DNA of 64,000 nt from contig JAZQDV010000010.1 in the NCBI GenBank assembly GCA_045546975.1, positions 405,544 to 469,543 on the forward strand, in the 5' to 3' direction. The notes under the pieces were generated by a model that was not told where the DNA came from, did not search any database, and saw only the letters and a list, made by a program, of their open reading frames with translations. The stretch is from Eubacteriales bacterium. Lineage in GTDB: Bacteria; Bacillota; Clostridia; Oscillospirales; JAAYXM01. Below, one piece after another: positions 38,545 through 48,676 of this stretch (position 1 is the first letter of the stretch; each line of letters begins with the position of its first letter). The position numbers were made by a program, and so were the translations under genes.

Positions 38545-39969
38545 TTGAAGCTACTGTATAAATACTATTTAATGATAGCGCTGCCTCTCTTTCTCTGTTT
38601 GTTTCTCGTCGGCGTGGGTCTTTCTTTTCAAATATACAATTATTCTGTAAAAGAAAATCACGAGTCGCTGGAACTCGCAGCACGACGTGTTTCCCCAATG
38701 GTGGAAGAGCTTTATTACAACCACTCACTTACAAATGAGCGAACACTAAAACGTATACTGTCATCGATGACAAACAACGGACAAATACATGTAATTATCT
38801 GCGACGTGAACGGTCAGATATTTTTTACATCTGACAACTACGGAAACAACTACATGAACTCATACATATCCCGTGATATACTTGAAAAAACCGAGAAAAA
38901 CGAAAGTTTTTCTGCAATCGGTACACTTAACAACCTCTACAGCGGGAAAAACTATACCGTTGGTGTAACGGCAAGGGACGATTTAAGCACCCCCATAGCC
39001 TATGTCTACGTTACCACTTCAATAGACAACGTAGCGCAACTGATGACTTATGTAAGAAATATATTCTTTTATCTTTCTATATTTGTTTTTCTTGTCGCAG
39101 CGCTTGTTTCATATTTTATAGTTAAGCGAATGATAAACCCTATAAGGGAGATTACCCGTGCTTCCTCAAAATTTGCAAAGGGCGATTTTTCAAGCAGAGT
39201 TTCAGTTTATTCAAACGACGAAGTCGGTGAGCTCACCGTTGCATTCAATAAAATGGCAGACTCTCTTGAAAAATCCGAAGACTTAAGACGCTCCTTTATC
39301 GCAAATGTCTCGCACGAGCTCCGCTCGCCAATGACCTCAATCGGCGGTTTTGTAGATGGAATCCTCGACAAAACGATTCCCCCTGAAAAAGAAGAGCATT
39401 ATCTCAATATTGTTTCAGAAGAAGTACACAGACTCTCAAGGCTCGTAAGCAGCATGCTCGACATAACAGTCCTTCAGAGCCGCGACGTCGCCGCAGACAG
39501 CAGAACGTTTGACTTTTGCGAGATTTTGAAGCGTTGTGTTATAAGTCTTGAAGACCGTGTTTCGAACAAAAACCTCAAACTTGACATAAGCCTTCCCGAC
39601 CGCGGGATTCTCATAAAGGCAAACGAAGATACTATCTTTCAAGTAGTATACAATCTCTTTGACAATGCAATTAAGTTTTCCGACACTGAGGCTACAATAG
39701 ACATCTCTGCGCGAACGAAAAGCGACAATCTGATTTTTTCTGTGAGAAACTATGGTATAGAAATCCCAAAGGATGAGCTAAACTATGTGTTTGACCGTTT
39801 TCACAAAACAGACCGTTCACGGTCAAAAGACAAAGCCGGGCTTGGACTTGGACTTTATATAGCAAAAACAATTATAAATCAACATAACGGAAAAATCTGG
39901 GCGGAGAGCTATAACAACCATACGGAGTTTTTCTTTACTCTCCCCCTTTCCAATGAACACAAGGAGTGA
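38545..39969 (+). CDS. HAMP-domain sensor histidine kinase
   Basis: Two TMs, HAMP, H-box NVSHELRSPM, NLFDNAIKF and GLGLGLYIAK. Confidence 0.95.
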   Translation: MKLLYKYYLMIALPLFLCLFLVGVGLSFQIYNYSVKENHESLELAARRVSPMVEELYYNHSLTNERTLKRILSSMTNNGQIHVIICDVNGQIFFTSDNYGNNYMNSYISRDILEKTEKNESFSAIGTLNNLYSGKNYTVGVTARDDLSTPIAYVYVTTSIDNVAQLMTYVRNIFFYLSIFVFLVAALVSYFIVKRMINPIREITRASSKFAKGDFSSRVSVYSNDEVGELTVAFNKMADSLEKSEDLRRSFIANVSHELRSPMTSIGGFVDGILDKTIPPEKEEHYLNIVSEEVHRLSRLVSSMLDITVLQSRDVAADSRTFDFCEILKRCVISLEDRVSNKNLKLDISLPDRGILIKANEDTIFQVVYNLFDNAIKFSDTEATIDISARTKSDNLIFSVRNYGIEIPKDELNYVFDRFHKTDRSRSKDKAGLGLGLYIAKTIINQHNGKIWAESYNNHTEFFFTLPLSNEHKE

Positions 39970-39973
39970 TATT

Positions 39974-41284
39974 ATGAATAACGAATACATGAACAATGAA
40001 CAAGGAAATGAACCCGAAATCATCGAACTTTCCGAATCCGACTACAAGGAGACGGATTCCCAAAAGGTAAATCCTCAGGAAGAGAAGTCCGCTCCAAAAG
40101 AGAAAAAACCCAGAAAGAAAAAAAACAAGGTAGCAAGAACTCTTTTAGCTATCATAATTATATTGGGAGTTCTCTACTTTGTAATATCAGGTTCCATCCT
40201 CTACACTTTATTCAGAAACTCATCGTTTGACTTTTCATTCTCAGGTTTCCGCAGGTTCGGAGATGACATTTTCGATATCGAGGATGAAATCGAGGAGCAT
40301 CTCTTCATCAACGATTCTCCAAAATCTGAAGGGGCAATAACGCGCGAGGGTGCCATGACCGTAAAGCAAATTTCCCAGAAAGTCAGAAGCTCCGTTGTCG
40401 GCGTAACCTGTGAAAGTTCAGAGCATTTTTCATCCTCATCGGTAGGTTCAGGAATCATTATGTCCTCTGATGGATACATCATCACAAACAACCATGTAAT
40501 AGAAGGAGCAACAAAAATCCAGGTCGTCCTCGACGACGGAAAATCATACGTTGCCCGTCTCATCGGTGCAGACCAGAGATCAGACCTTGCCGTTATAAAG
40601 ATTGAAGAAACAAACCTTCCAAACGCGGAGTTTGGCGATTCTGACAAGCTTGAGCAAGGTGATCCTGCAATCGCCATTGGAAACCCTGCCGGATTACAGC
40701 TCCAGAACACCGTTACCTCGGGTGTTATCTCCGCTATAAACCGAGACATTGTTGTCGAGGACCAGACCATGACTCTTATCCAGACAGACGCCTCTATTAA
40801 CCCCGGTAACTCAGGCGGTCCGCTTCTCAATGAGTTCGGTCAGGTTATAGGAATAAATACTGTCAAAATAGGCATTTCCTACTACGAAGGTCTCGGCTTT
40901 GCCATACCGATAAACACAGCAAAGCCTATTATAGACGAACTTATCTCCCGCGGATATGTAAAAGGTCGCCCTTCAATAGGAATCAACGGAACATCTATCT
41001 CTGAGCGAGATTCATCTTTCTACGGTATACCGTCAGGTCTTTATATCGAATACGTTCACCCATATTCAGATGCCTACAAAAAAGGGATACGCCGCGGTGA
41101 TATCATAACGAAGATGAACGGAACAACGCTTTCATCTACGGCGGAAATCAAGAAAATCCGCGACACCTTCAAAGCCGGTGATACCGTCACGCTTACGATA
41201 TACAGAAATTCAAAAGAAACAGACGTTCCCGTAGTTCTTATGGACGAGGCAACACTCTCAACATCACAATCAGAAGAAAGCTGA
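39974..41284 (+). CDS. htrA: HtrA/DegP serine protease with PDZ domain
   Basis: TNNHVI, SDLAVIK and INPGNSGGPL catalytic triad; N-terminal TM; C-terminal PDZ. Confidence 0.94.
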   Translation: MNNEYMNNEQGNEPEIIELSESDYKETDSQKVNPQEEKSAPKEKKPRKKKNKVARTLLAIIIILGVLYFVISGSILYTLFRNSSFDFSFSGFRRFGDDIFDIEDEIEEHLFINDSPKSEGAITREGAMTVKQISQKVRSSVVGVTCESSEHFSSSSVGSGIIMSSDGYIITNNHVIEGATKIQVVLDDGKSYVARLIGADQRSDLAVIKIEETNLPNAEFGDSDKLEQGDPAIAIGNPAGLQLQNTVTSGVISAINRDIVVEDQTMTLIQTDASINPGNSGGPLLNEFGQVIGINTVKIGISYYEGLGFAIPINTAKPIIDELISRGYVKGRPSIGINGTSISERDSSFYGIPSGLYIEYVHPYSDAYKKGIRRGDIITKMNGTTLSSTAEIKKIRDTFKAGDTVTLTIYRNSKETDVPVVLMDEATLSTSQSEES

Positions 41285-41350
41285 AAAAATAGGCGCTGCC
41301 ACATACGGAAGTATTGGTTTTGAATGGCTCTTTTCCGCTTGTAATACACA

Positions 41351-41388
41351 AAAAATTCCGGAAATACGACAGTATTCCCGGAATTTTT
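41351..41388. terminator. Bidirectional terminator between htrA and ppa
   Basis: AAAAATTCCGGAAATAC-gaca-GTATTCCCGGAATTTTT. Confidence 0.8.
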
Positions 41389-41432
41389 ATATTTCTACAA
41401 ACGAAAAGTATCTCAACTCAAAACTGCTCGCA

Positions 41433-41541
41433 CCCCGAAAGGCTTAATTTCGGATGAATTTCAAGGCAAAAAAGCGAGCATAACCTGACGGTTAGCTTGC
41501 TTTATTAACGAAGAAATTCGCCAAAAGGATGTTTTTCGGGG
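41433..41541. repeat. Long imperfect palindrome (REP/MITE-like or structured RNA)
   Basis: Nested stems CCCCGAAAGGC/GTTTTTCGGGG, GAATTTC/GAAATTC, AAAGCGAGC/GCTTGCTTT and TAACC/GGTTA around the loop TGAC. Confidence 0.55.
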
Positions 41542-41567
41542 AAAAACTGCCTTGTGTGGCTGTGGCC

Positions 41568-42104
41568 TTAGAGCAACTCGCCTATTTTTTCTTTATACCT
41601 TATTAATGAATTTTTAATGATTTTGATAGCAGCTTGTCTGTTTTCAACCTTTTCTACCGCTGTGTCCATTCCCTCGAGTGCCTTATAGACCGTAAAGAAA
41701 TGCTTCATTTCATCAAAAATATGCTGTGGCAATTCCGAAATATCCGTGTATCCGCTGTACATCGGGTCACCGAACGGGATTGCTATTATTTTTTCGTCAT
41801 TTCTGAGGTTATCAACCATGGTTATTACGCCTATAGGAAAGCACCTTACCAGCACCATTGGTTCAATAGGCTCACTGCATAGTACGAGGACGTCAAGCGG
41901 GTCATCGTCCTCTGCGTAAGTCCTCGGTATAAAACCGTAGTTTGCAGGATAGTGTGTCGATGTGTATAGCACTCTGTCAAGCGTAAGAAGACCCGTTTCC
42001 TTATCAAGCTCGTATTTTTTCTTACTTCCCTGTTCTATCTCTATTACTGCAATAAAATCATTTTCGTTTATTCTGTCCTTTGAAATATCATGCCATATAT
42101 TCAT
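41568..42104 (-). CDS. ppa: Family I inorganic pyrophosphatase
   Basis: KYELDK, YPANYGFIPRT, DDDPLDVLV, DEKIIA and HFFTVYKALE. Confidence 0.96.
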   Translation of the reverse strand: MNIWHDISKDRINENDFIAVIEIEQGSKKKYELDKETGLLTLDRVLYTSTHYPANYGFIPRTYAEDDDPLDVLVLCSEPIEPMVLVRCFPIGVITMVDNLRNDEKIIAIPFGDPMYSGYTDISELPQHIFDEMKHFFTVYKALEGMDTAVEKVENRQAAIKIIKNSLIRYKEKIGELL

Positions 42105-42239
42105 AAACGTTCATCTCCTTGACTGTCATTATACACCTTTTTTTCAGAAAAAAAAAGTATTTTCTATTCTTTCTTTTTTTACATATTTCACGGAACCGAA
42201 ACTGTATTATTAAATAAAACAAATGAAAGGAAGTAAAAG

Positions 42240-42572
42240 ATGAAAATTTCTTCTGAATGCACTGATGGAAAACTCACTGTTTTTTTATCCGGTGAGCTCG
42301 ACCACCACGGCGCACGAAATTCCATACCAAAAATTTCGGAAATAATTAACTTTGAGCTGCCTACAAGTACCGTTCTTGACTTTGCCGGTGTAACCTTCAT
42401 GGATAGCTCCGGAATTGCTCTTGCGATAGGAATATACAAACGCACCAAAAACATCGGCAGCGATTTTTCTATTACAAACACATCAAAGCAGGCATACAAG
42501 GTTTTTAGCGCCGCAGGAATATCGAAAATCATGAAAATCACTACTTGTGCCGAGGCACTTACAACAAATTAG
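42240..42572 (+). CDS. spoIIAA: Anti-anti-sigma F (STAS domain)
   Basis: SGELDHH and VTFMDSSGI. Confidence 0.92.
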   Translation: MKISSECTDGKLTVFLSGELDHHGARNSIPKISEIINFELPTSTVLDFAGVTFMDSSGIALAIGIYKRTKNIGSDFSITNTSKQAYKVFSAAGISKIMKITTCAEALTTN

Positions 42573-42583
42573 GAGGAAAACAA

Positions 42584-43030
42584 ATGAACATTATAAACGA
42601 AGTAACACTTACTTTTCCAAGCCGCTCAGCAAACGAAGGATATGCCCGTGCTGCCGTTTCTGCATTTGCAGCACAGTTAGACCCCACCCTTGAGGAAATC
42701 GGCGATATAAAAACAGCAGTGAGCGAAGCGGTAACAAACTGCATTGTTCACGCATATCCCGACTGTGTCGGCAAAATTTACATACGCCTCAGGATTCTTG
42801 AAAACAACGTATTTGAGATAAACATTCGTGATCGCGGCCTCGGAATCCCTGATATTTCAAAAGCCAAAGAACCTATGTTCACAACAGGCGGTGAAGACCG
42901 TTCAGGTATGGGATTTACGATTATGGAAAGCTTTACAGATACCTTGAAAGTCCGGTCAAAGCCTAATAAAGGGACAAGCCTTACTATGAGAAAAAAGATT
43001 TCCATGCGTGTCGGAGGAAACTCACGTTGA
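42584..43030 (+). CDS. spoIIAB: Anti-sigma F kinase
   Basis: QLDPTLEE, KTAVSEAVTNCIVHAY and RSGMGFTIMESF. Confidence 0.96.
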   Translation: MNIINEVTLTFPSRSANEGYARAAVSAFAAQLDPTLEEIGDIKTAVSEAVTNCIVHAYPDCVGKIYIRLRILENNVFEINIRDRGLGIPDISKAKEPMFTTGGEDRSGMGFTIMESFTDTLKVRSKPNKGTSLTMRKKISMRVGGNSR

Positions 43031-43737
43031 CAGACACGTTAAATCTGATTAAGCAGGCAAAACGCGGCGATGAACTCGCTTTTGAAAAAATCATAACAGA
43101 CAACTCGCCTCTCATCTGGAGCATTGTACGACGCTTTCTCGGGCGCGGTGCGGATGCCGATGACCTGTATCAGCTCGGCTGCCTTGGACTTCTCAAGGCC
43201 ATCCGTGGATTTGACGAGAATTTAGGTAATCAATTTTCAACCTACGCTGTACCGAAAATCACAGGCGAAATAAGGCGTTTTTTAAGAGATGACGGAATTA
43301 TAAAAGTAAGCAGAACAACAAAAGAGTTAGCTACCAAAATCAAGCACACCGCTGCTCTTTTACAAAACAAGCTCGGTCGTGAGCCTAGTGTCAATGATCT
43401 TTCAAAGGAACTGGGAATTTCTATTGAAGAGATTGCCCAGGCAGAGTCTGCAACACTTGCAACAGATTCCCTTAACCGAGAGCTTTCTGAAGACGGAAGA
43501 ACTCTCGGAGAAACGCTTAGCTGTCTTTCAACAGAAGACAAAACGCTTGAATACATTTCCCTTCAAGATGCAATAAAAACACTTCAAAAGCGTGAGCGCG
43601 CCGTAATAAACCTCCGCTATTTCAAGTGCCTTACTCAACAACAGACAGCAAAGGTCCTGGGAATTTCACAGGTACAGGTTTCAAGAATCGAACGCAGCTC
43701 AATCCAAAAACTCAGAGAAGAGGTTTCCGTTTCCTAA
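43027..43737 (+). CDS. sigF: Forespore sigma factor sigma F
   Basis: LIWSIVRRF, FSTYAVPKITGEIRRFLRDDG and LGISQVQVSRIE; third gene of the spoIIA operon. Confidence 0.92.
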   Translation: MTDTLNLIKQAKRGDELAFEKIITDNSPLIWSIVRRFLGRGADADDLYQLGCLGLLKAIRGFDENLGNQFSTYAVPKITGEIRRFLRDDGIIKVSRTTKELATKIKHTAALLQNKLGREPSVNDLSKELGISIEEIAQAESATLATDSLNRELSEDGRTLGETLSCLSTEDKTLEYISLQDAIKTLQKRERAVINLRYFKCLTQQQTAKVLGISQVQVSRIERSSIQKLREEVSVS

Positions 43738-43828
43738 CTTTTCCGTCGTTTTTTGTCAAAAAAACTTGCAGATTTCACCCTCTTGTGTTAACATATATTT
43801 AATATTGTTTTACTTAGGAGGGTAAAAT

Positions 43829-45634
43829 ATGATTCACTTAAGAAAGTCCCGCGTTTTGGCAATCGCAGTTTTAGCGATGATGTTCATCTGCCTCCTTTCT
43901 CCTGTTTCCGTTTTTGCAACAGAAGAAATCTCAGCAGCTGACTATCTCACAAACGCGGAAGCCTTTGACCCGGAAAACATGAGCGATGAGGAAATTGAAG
44001 CCTACACCGCTGCTGCTTCCACATTTATCGACGATTATTCAAGCAACGTCGAAAACACAGAGGTTTTCGAAGAGAACCTTGAAAAAGCACTTACCGCAAA
44101 GAGAAAAGACGTTAAGCCCTTCGGCACAATTTATTCTCTCATACCGCCGATTATCGCTATCGTCCTTGCCCTTATAACAAAAGAGGTTTACTCTTCACTC
44201 TTTATTGGAATTACCGCAGGTGCTCTTATGTACGCCAACTTCAACTTCAGCGGTACAATTGATCACCTTTTCGTTGACGGATTCATTTCTTCAATAGCTG
44301 ATTCTTACAACATCGGTATCATAATTTTCCTTGTTATTCTCGGTGCCATTGTTTCTCTTATGAACAAGTCCGGTGGCTCTGCCGCTTTCGGTCGTTGGGC
44401 ATCAACTCACATCAAAACACGCGTAGGCGCACAGCTTGCAACTATCGCTCTTGGTGTTCTCATCTTCGTTGATGACTACTTCAACTGCCTGACTGTCGGT
44501 TCTGTTATGCGCCCCGTTTCTGACAAGTTCAAGATTTCACGTTCAAAGCTCGCTTATATTATTGACGCAACTGCAGCTCCGGTTTGCATTCTCGCTCCGA
44601 TTTCGTCCTGGGCAGCAGCTGTTGCAGGATTTGTTTCTGAAGACCAGATAGGCGGACTTGAGCTCTTCATCAGAGCTATCCCCTTCAACTTCTACGCTAT
44701 CCTCACAATCGTTATGATGATTACGATCACTGTTTTGAAGTTCGATTACGGTCCAATGAAGAAGCACGAGCTCAATGCAGCAGGCGGAGACATCTTCTCA
44801 TCTGACGACCGCAAAATACTCGAGCAGCTTGAGAATGCTGACGAGAACAAGAACGGCAGCGTCTGGGACCTTATCGCTCCTGTTTTCGTTCTTATCGTTT
44901 CTTGTCTCCTCGGCCTCATCTACTCAGGCGGATTCTTCAGCGGCGTTCCGTTTGCTGAATCCTTCTCAAATGCAGACGCATCCCAAGGTCTCGTATTCGG
45001 TGCATTTGCAGGCCTCATCTTCTCGATAATCTACTTTATGCTCAGAAGAGTTCTCACCTTCAAATCCTGCATGGAATCCATTCCTGACGGCTTCAGAGCA
45101 ATGGTACCTGCTATCATGATTCTCTGCTGTGCATGGACACTCAAGACAATGACAGACAGCCTCGGCGCAAAGATCTTCATTGCTGAGTTTGTAAGAACAA
45201 GCGCAAGCTCATTCCTTCCGCTTCTTCCGGCAATCGTATTCCTTATCGGTTGCGGTCTCGCATTTGCAACAGGAACATCTTGGGGTACATTCGGTATTCT
45301 CATCCCGATCGTTCTTGCAATATTTGGCGGCTCCATTGCAAACCCGATTTCAATCATCTCCATTTCTGCATGTATGGCAGGCGCAGTTTGCGGTGACCAC
45401 TGCTCACCCATATCCGATACAACAATTATGGCATCGGCAGGTGCACAATCAAACCACATCAACCACGTTTCAACACAGCTTCCGTATGCGCTTACAGTAA
45501 CTGCAGTTTCATTCGTAAGCTACATCATTGCAGGCTTTGTCAAGAATGCATGGATTTGCTTACCTGTTGCAATTGCTCTCATGCTTATAACACTCTTTGT
45601 TATTAAGGCTGTTATTTCTAAGAAAAAAGCATAA
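43829..45634 (+). CDS. NhaC-family (Na+/H+ antiporter-like / amino-acid) transporter with an N-terminal extension
   Basis: IFVDDYFN, IDATAAP, ATGTSWGTFGI and GDHCSPISDTTIMAS. Confidence 0.9.
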   Translation: MIHLRKSRVLAIAVLAMMFICLLSPVSVFATEEISAADYLTNAEAFDPENMSDEEIEAYTAAASTFIDDYSSNVENTEVFEENLEKALTAKRKDVKPFGTIYSLIPPIIAIVLALITKEVYSSLFIGITAGALMYANFNFSGTIDHLFVDGFISSIADSYNIGIIIFLVILGAIVSLMNKSGGSAAFGRWASTHIKTRVGAQLATIALGVLIFVDDYFNCLTVGSVMRPVSDKFKISRSKLAYIIDATAAPVCILAPISSWAAAVAGFVSEDQIGGLELFIRAIPFNFYAILTIVMMITITVLKFDYGPMKKHELNAAGGDIFSSDDRKILEQLENADENKNGSVWDLIAPVFVLIVSCLLGLIYSGGFFSGVPFAESFSNADASQGLVFGAFAGLIFSIIYFMLRRVLTFKSCMESIPDGFRAMVPAIMILCCAWTLKTMTDSLGAKIFIAEFVRTSASSFLPLLPAIVFLIGCGLAFATGTSWGTFGILIPIVLAIFGGSIANPISIISISACMAGAVCGDHCSPISDTTIMASAGAQSNHINHVSTQLPYALTVTAVSFVSYIIAGFVKNAWICLPVAIALMLITLFVIKAVISKKKA

Positions 45635-45645
45635 ATTCAAATAGC

Positions 45646-45684
45646 AAAACTCCCCGTAACAAGCAATTTGTTACGGGGAGTTTT
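45646..45684. terminator. Bidirectional intrinsic terminator
   Basis: AAAACTCCCCGTAAC...GTTACGGGGAGTTTT between convergent genes. Confidence 0.88.
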
Positions 45685-45694
45685 ATTTTACTTC

Positions 45695-46699
45695 TTATTT
45701 CCAGGCTGTGTCACTTTCACTTTTCTTGTCGCGCATCATAAGTGTATAGAGTGCTTTTTTTGCATCTTCATCTTCAAAAAGAATCTTATATACTTCTTCT
45801 GTTATCGGCATCTCGATTCCTACTTTTTTTGCAAGTGCGACTGCTGACTGTGTTGCGTAATATCCTTCAACAACAGCTCCTATCTTTTCGATAGCCTTAT
45901 TTGTGGGTGTGCCTTGTCCTATGAGAATACCCGCTCTGCGATTTCGTGAATGCATCGACATACAGGTTACTATTAAATCTCCAAGACCTGCAAGGCCTGC
46001 AAATGTCTCTTCTTTTCCCCCAAGCGCAACACCGAGCCTTACCATTTCTGCAAGTCCTCGTGTCATAAGAGCTGCCTTTGAGTTATCTCCAAGTCCCAAG
46101 CCGTCGCATATACCTGCAGCCAGCGCCATGACGTTTTTAAGCGCCGCACCGAGCTCAACACCGACTATGTCGTCTGTTATATAAACTCTGAAACTCTCGT
46201 TCATAAATGTATCCTGAACGGTTTCAGCAGCCTTTTTATCTCTTGATGTTGCAATAATTGCAGTAGGTACTCCACGACCGACTTCCTCTGCGTGTGACGG
46301 ACCCGAAAGCACTACTATCTTTGCATTTGAATTAAGCTCGTCTTCAATTATTTCCGACAAACGCTTTGAGGTTTCTTTTTCAATTCCCTTTGAGACATTT
46401 ACAACAATATGATTATCCGTAACGAATTCGGACATTTTCCTTGCCGTGGCACGAACCGCAAATGAAGGAACAGCCATAACGACGATTTCTACATCCTTTA
46501 TAACAGACAAATCCTTCGTGCACTTAAGTCCTTCAGGAAACAGAACTCCGGGCAAAAACGCCCTGTTTTCACGGTCATTACGAAGTCTTTCGTATTCGTT
46601 ATCTTCAAAAGACCACAGAACAACCTCATTATCTCTTTTGGCAAGCATAACAGCAAGAGCTGTTCCCCAGCCACCGCTGCCGATAACTGCAATCTTCAT
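45695..46699 (-). CDS. gpsA: NAD(P)H-dependent glycerol-3-phosphate dehydrogenase
   Basis: GSGGWGTALA, SKGIE, LSGPSHAEEV, ALKNV, GLGDLIVTC and SRN. Confidence 0.97.
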   Translation of the reverse strand: MKIAVIGSGGWGTALAVMLAKRDNEVVLWSFEDNEYERLRNDRENRAFLPGVLFPEGLKCTKDLSVIKDVEIVVMAVPSFAVRATARKMSEFVTDNHIVVNVSKGIEKETSKRLSEIIEDELNSNAKIVVLSGPSHAEEVGRGVPTAIIATSRDKKAAETVQDTFMNESFRVYITDDIVGVELGAALKNVMALAAGICDGLGLGDNSKAALMTRGLAEMVRLGVALGGKEETFAGLAGLGDLIVTCMSMHSRNRRAGILIGQGTPTNKAIEKIGAVVEGYYATQSAVALAKKVGIEMPITEEVYKILFEDEDAKKALYTLMMRDKKSESDTAWK

Positions 46700-46716
46700 A
46701 AAATCACCTCGCAGAA

Positions 46717-47349
46717 TTACTTCTTGAACTTCAGCTTATTCTCTGTACCTGCCAAAAGACGCTTGATATTTGCACGATGCAGTACAGTTACAAAGCACGC
46801 AACCAAAACCAATAAAACAAAGTATTCTATCGTTTCAAGGTTAAAACTGTAGAAAAGCGCAAACAGTACGGGTAATGTCCATACAGCAATTATTGAGCCG
46901 AGAGAAACATATTTTGTCAAAGCTACAATTACGATAAAAACGGTTATTGCAATAAAGAATATGCGGATATCAATACACGCCATAACTGCGGCAGTCGTGA
47001 GAACTCCCTTTCCGCCTCTGAAACCGAAGAATACGGGATATGTGTGACCAAGTATGCAGGCAGCGGCAGAAATTGAAACTGCGAGCTGCACATCAACTGA
47101 GGGAAAATTTGTGATAAAAAGCCTTGTAAGATTTACAGCAACAACTGCTTTTATAATATCACCAAGAATAACAAAAACAGTTTTTCCTGCTCCCATAACA
47201 CGGAGAGAGTTTGTACTTCCCGCATTGCCGCTACCAAAGTTTCTTATATCGTTTTTAAGAAAGAGCTTTGAAATTATTATAGCAAAATTCAAGCTTCCCA
47301 GAAGATACGAAACAACTGCAACCACAAGACAAACAAGCGCTGTATCCAT
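46717..47349 (-). CDS. plsY: Glycerol-3-phosphate acyltransferase
   Basis: GSGNAGSTN, FRGGKGV and HRANIKRL. Confidence 0.96.
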   Translation of the reverse strand: MDTALVCLVVAVVSYLLGSLNFAIIISKLFLKNDIRNFGSGNAGSTNSLRVMGAGKTVFVILGDIIKAVVAVNLTRLFITNFPSVDVQLAVSISAAACILGHTYPVFFGFRGGKGVLTTAAVMACIDIRIFFIAITVFIVIVALTKYVSLGSIIAVWTLPVLFALFYSFNLETIEYFVLLVLVACFVTVLHRANIKRLLAGTENKLKFKK

Positions 47350-47350
47350 C

Positions 47351-48676
47351 TTAACCGTTTTCTCCTTTTTGTCTGATTACTGTGCGGATAGGAGTCCCCT
47401 CAAAGCCGAATACTTCGCGAAGCTTATTCTCCAAATATCTTCTGTATGAAAAATGGAACAAGCTTGCATCGTTACAAAACATAACAAAGTTTGGTGGGCA
47501 AACTCCGGTCTGCGTTATATAATATACCTTTAGTCTTTTACCTCTGTCGGTCGGAGGTTGAACTCGCGAAACAGCGTCTGCAAGAACATTGTTGAGCATT
47601 CCCGTTGTGATTCTCTTGCAGCTTTCGGCATACGCTTTCGTAATTAACTCAAAAAGCTTTCCTACCCTCTGCCCTGTTTTTGCAGAGATAAAGAGAATAG
47701 GTGCATAAGTCATATAGGAAAGGTCTTTTCTGATTTTTTCCTCTTCCTGCTTGAGAGTCTTATCGTCTTTTTCAACCATATCCCATTTATTTACAACTAT
47801 GATACAAGCTTTTCCTGCATCGTGCGCAATTCCTGCGACCTTTGTGTCCTGTTCGGTTACGCCCTCGTTTGCATCTATCATTATAAGACAGACATCACTT
47901 CGCTCGACGGCCAAAGACGCTCTTAAAACAGAGAATTTTTCAATATCGTCATTGACCTTTGACTTCTTGCGGATACCCGCAGTATCGATAAACACGAACT
48001 TTCCGTATTCGTTTTCAAAAGCAGAGTCGACCGCATCACGGGTAGTACCTGCAACGTCGCTTACTATAACTCTCTCCTCACCAAGGATTTTATTTGTGAG
48101 AGACGATTTTCCGACATTCGGTTTCCCGATAAGTGCGACCTTTATTCCTTCATCAGTGTCTGAAGCTTCGCTCTCCTCAGGGAAATATTCGATACATTTA
48201 TCAAGAAGGTCGCCTGTTCCATGACCGTGAACAGAAGAAATCGGAAGCGGATCACCCAGACCGAGATTATAAAACTCATAGAGCTCCGTCGGCGGTTCTC
48301 CTGTTGTATCAACCTTGTTGACGGCGAGTATTATCGGCTTCTGTGACTTAAGAAGCATATTTGCAACATCATGGTCAGATGCTGTAACACCCGTTTTAAT
48401 ATCGGTGAGGAACACAATGACAGTTGCGTTCTGTATTGCAATTTCTGCCTGGTCTCGCATAAACCTAAGCATTTCGCTATCCGTCTGCGGCTCAATACCG
48501 CCCGTATCAACAAGCGTAAATGACTTTCCGCGCCACTCGCATTCGGCATAAAGCCTATCACGTGTGACGCCGGGTGTATCTTCTACAATAGAAAGTCTCT
48601 TGCCGACAAGTTTATTAAAAAGCATAGATTTGCCTACATTCGGTCTGCCTACTATAGCAACCATAGGATTTGCCAT
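47351..48676 (-). CDS. der: Ribosome biogenesis GTPase Der (EngA)
   Basis: Two G domains: GRPNVGKS/DTGG/NKVD and GKPNVGKS/DTAG/NKWD. Confidence 0.98.
   Translation of the reverse strand: MANPMVAIVGRPNVGKSMLFNKLVGKRLSIVEDTPGVTRDRLYAECEWRGKSFTLVDTGGIEPQTDSEMLRFMRDQAEIAIQNATVIVFLTDIKTGVTASDHDVANMLLKSQKPIILAVNKVDTTGEPPTELYEFYNLGLGDPLPISSVHGHGTGDLLDKCIEYFPEESEASDTDEGIKVALIGKPNVGKSSLTNKILGEERVIVSDVAGTTRDAVDSAFENEYGKFVFIDTAGIRKKSKVNDDIEKFSVLRASLAVERSDVCLIMIDANEGVTEQDTKVAGIAHDAGKACIIVVNKWDMVEKDDKTLKQEEEKIRKDLSYMTYAPILFISAKTGQRVGKLFELITKAYAESCKRITTGMLNNVLADAVSRVQPPTDRGKRLKVYYITQTGVCPPNFVMFCNDASLFHFSYRRYLENKLREVFGFEGTPIRTVIRQKGENG

Noticed and set aside
40201-40830. 209-aa ORF antisense to htrA, and similar antisense ORFs over clp, folD, ffh, der and comEC
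   Set aside because: They mirror conserved sense genes, as expected from codon bias, and have no independent signals.
41433-41541. Long hairpin as 6S RNA or SRP RNA
   Set aside because: Too short for 6S with no clear large central bubble or promoter, and it lacks the SRP helix-8 GGAA tetraloop and its conserved internal loop.
41568-42104. Family I pyrophosphatase in a Bacillota genome as a sign of horizontal transfer
   Set aside because: Family I enzymes occur in various Clostridia, and I see no compositional anomaly or mobility gene.
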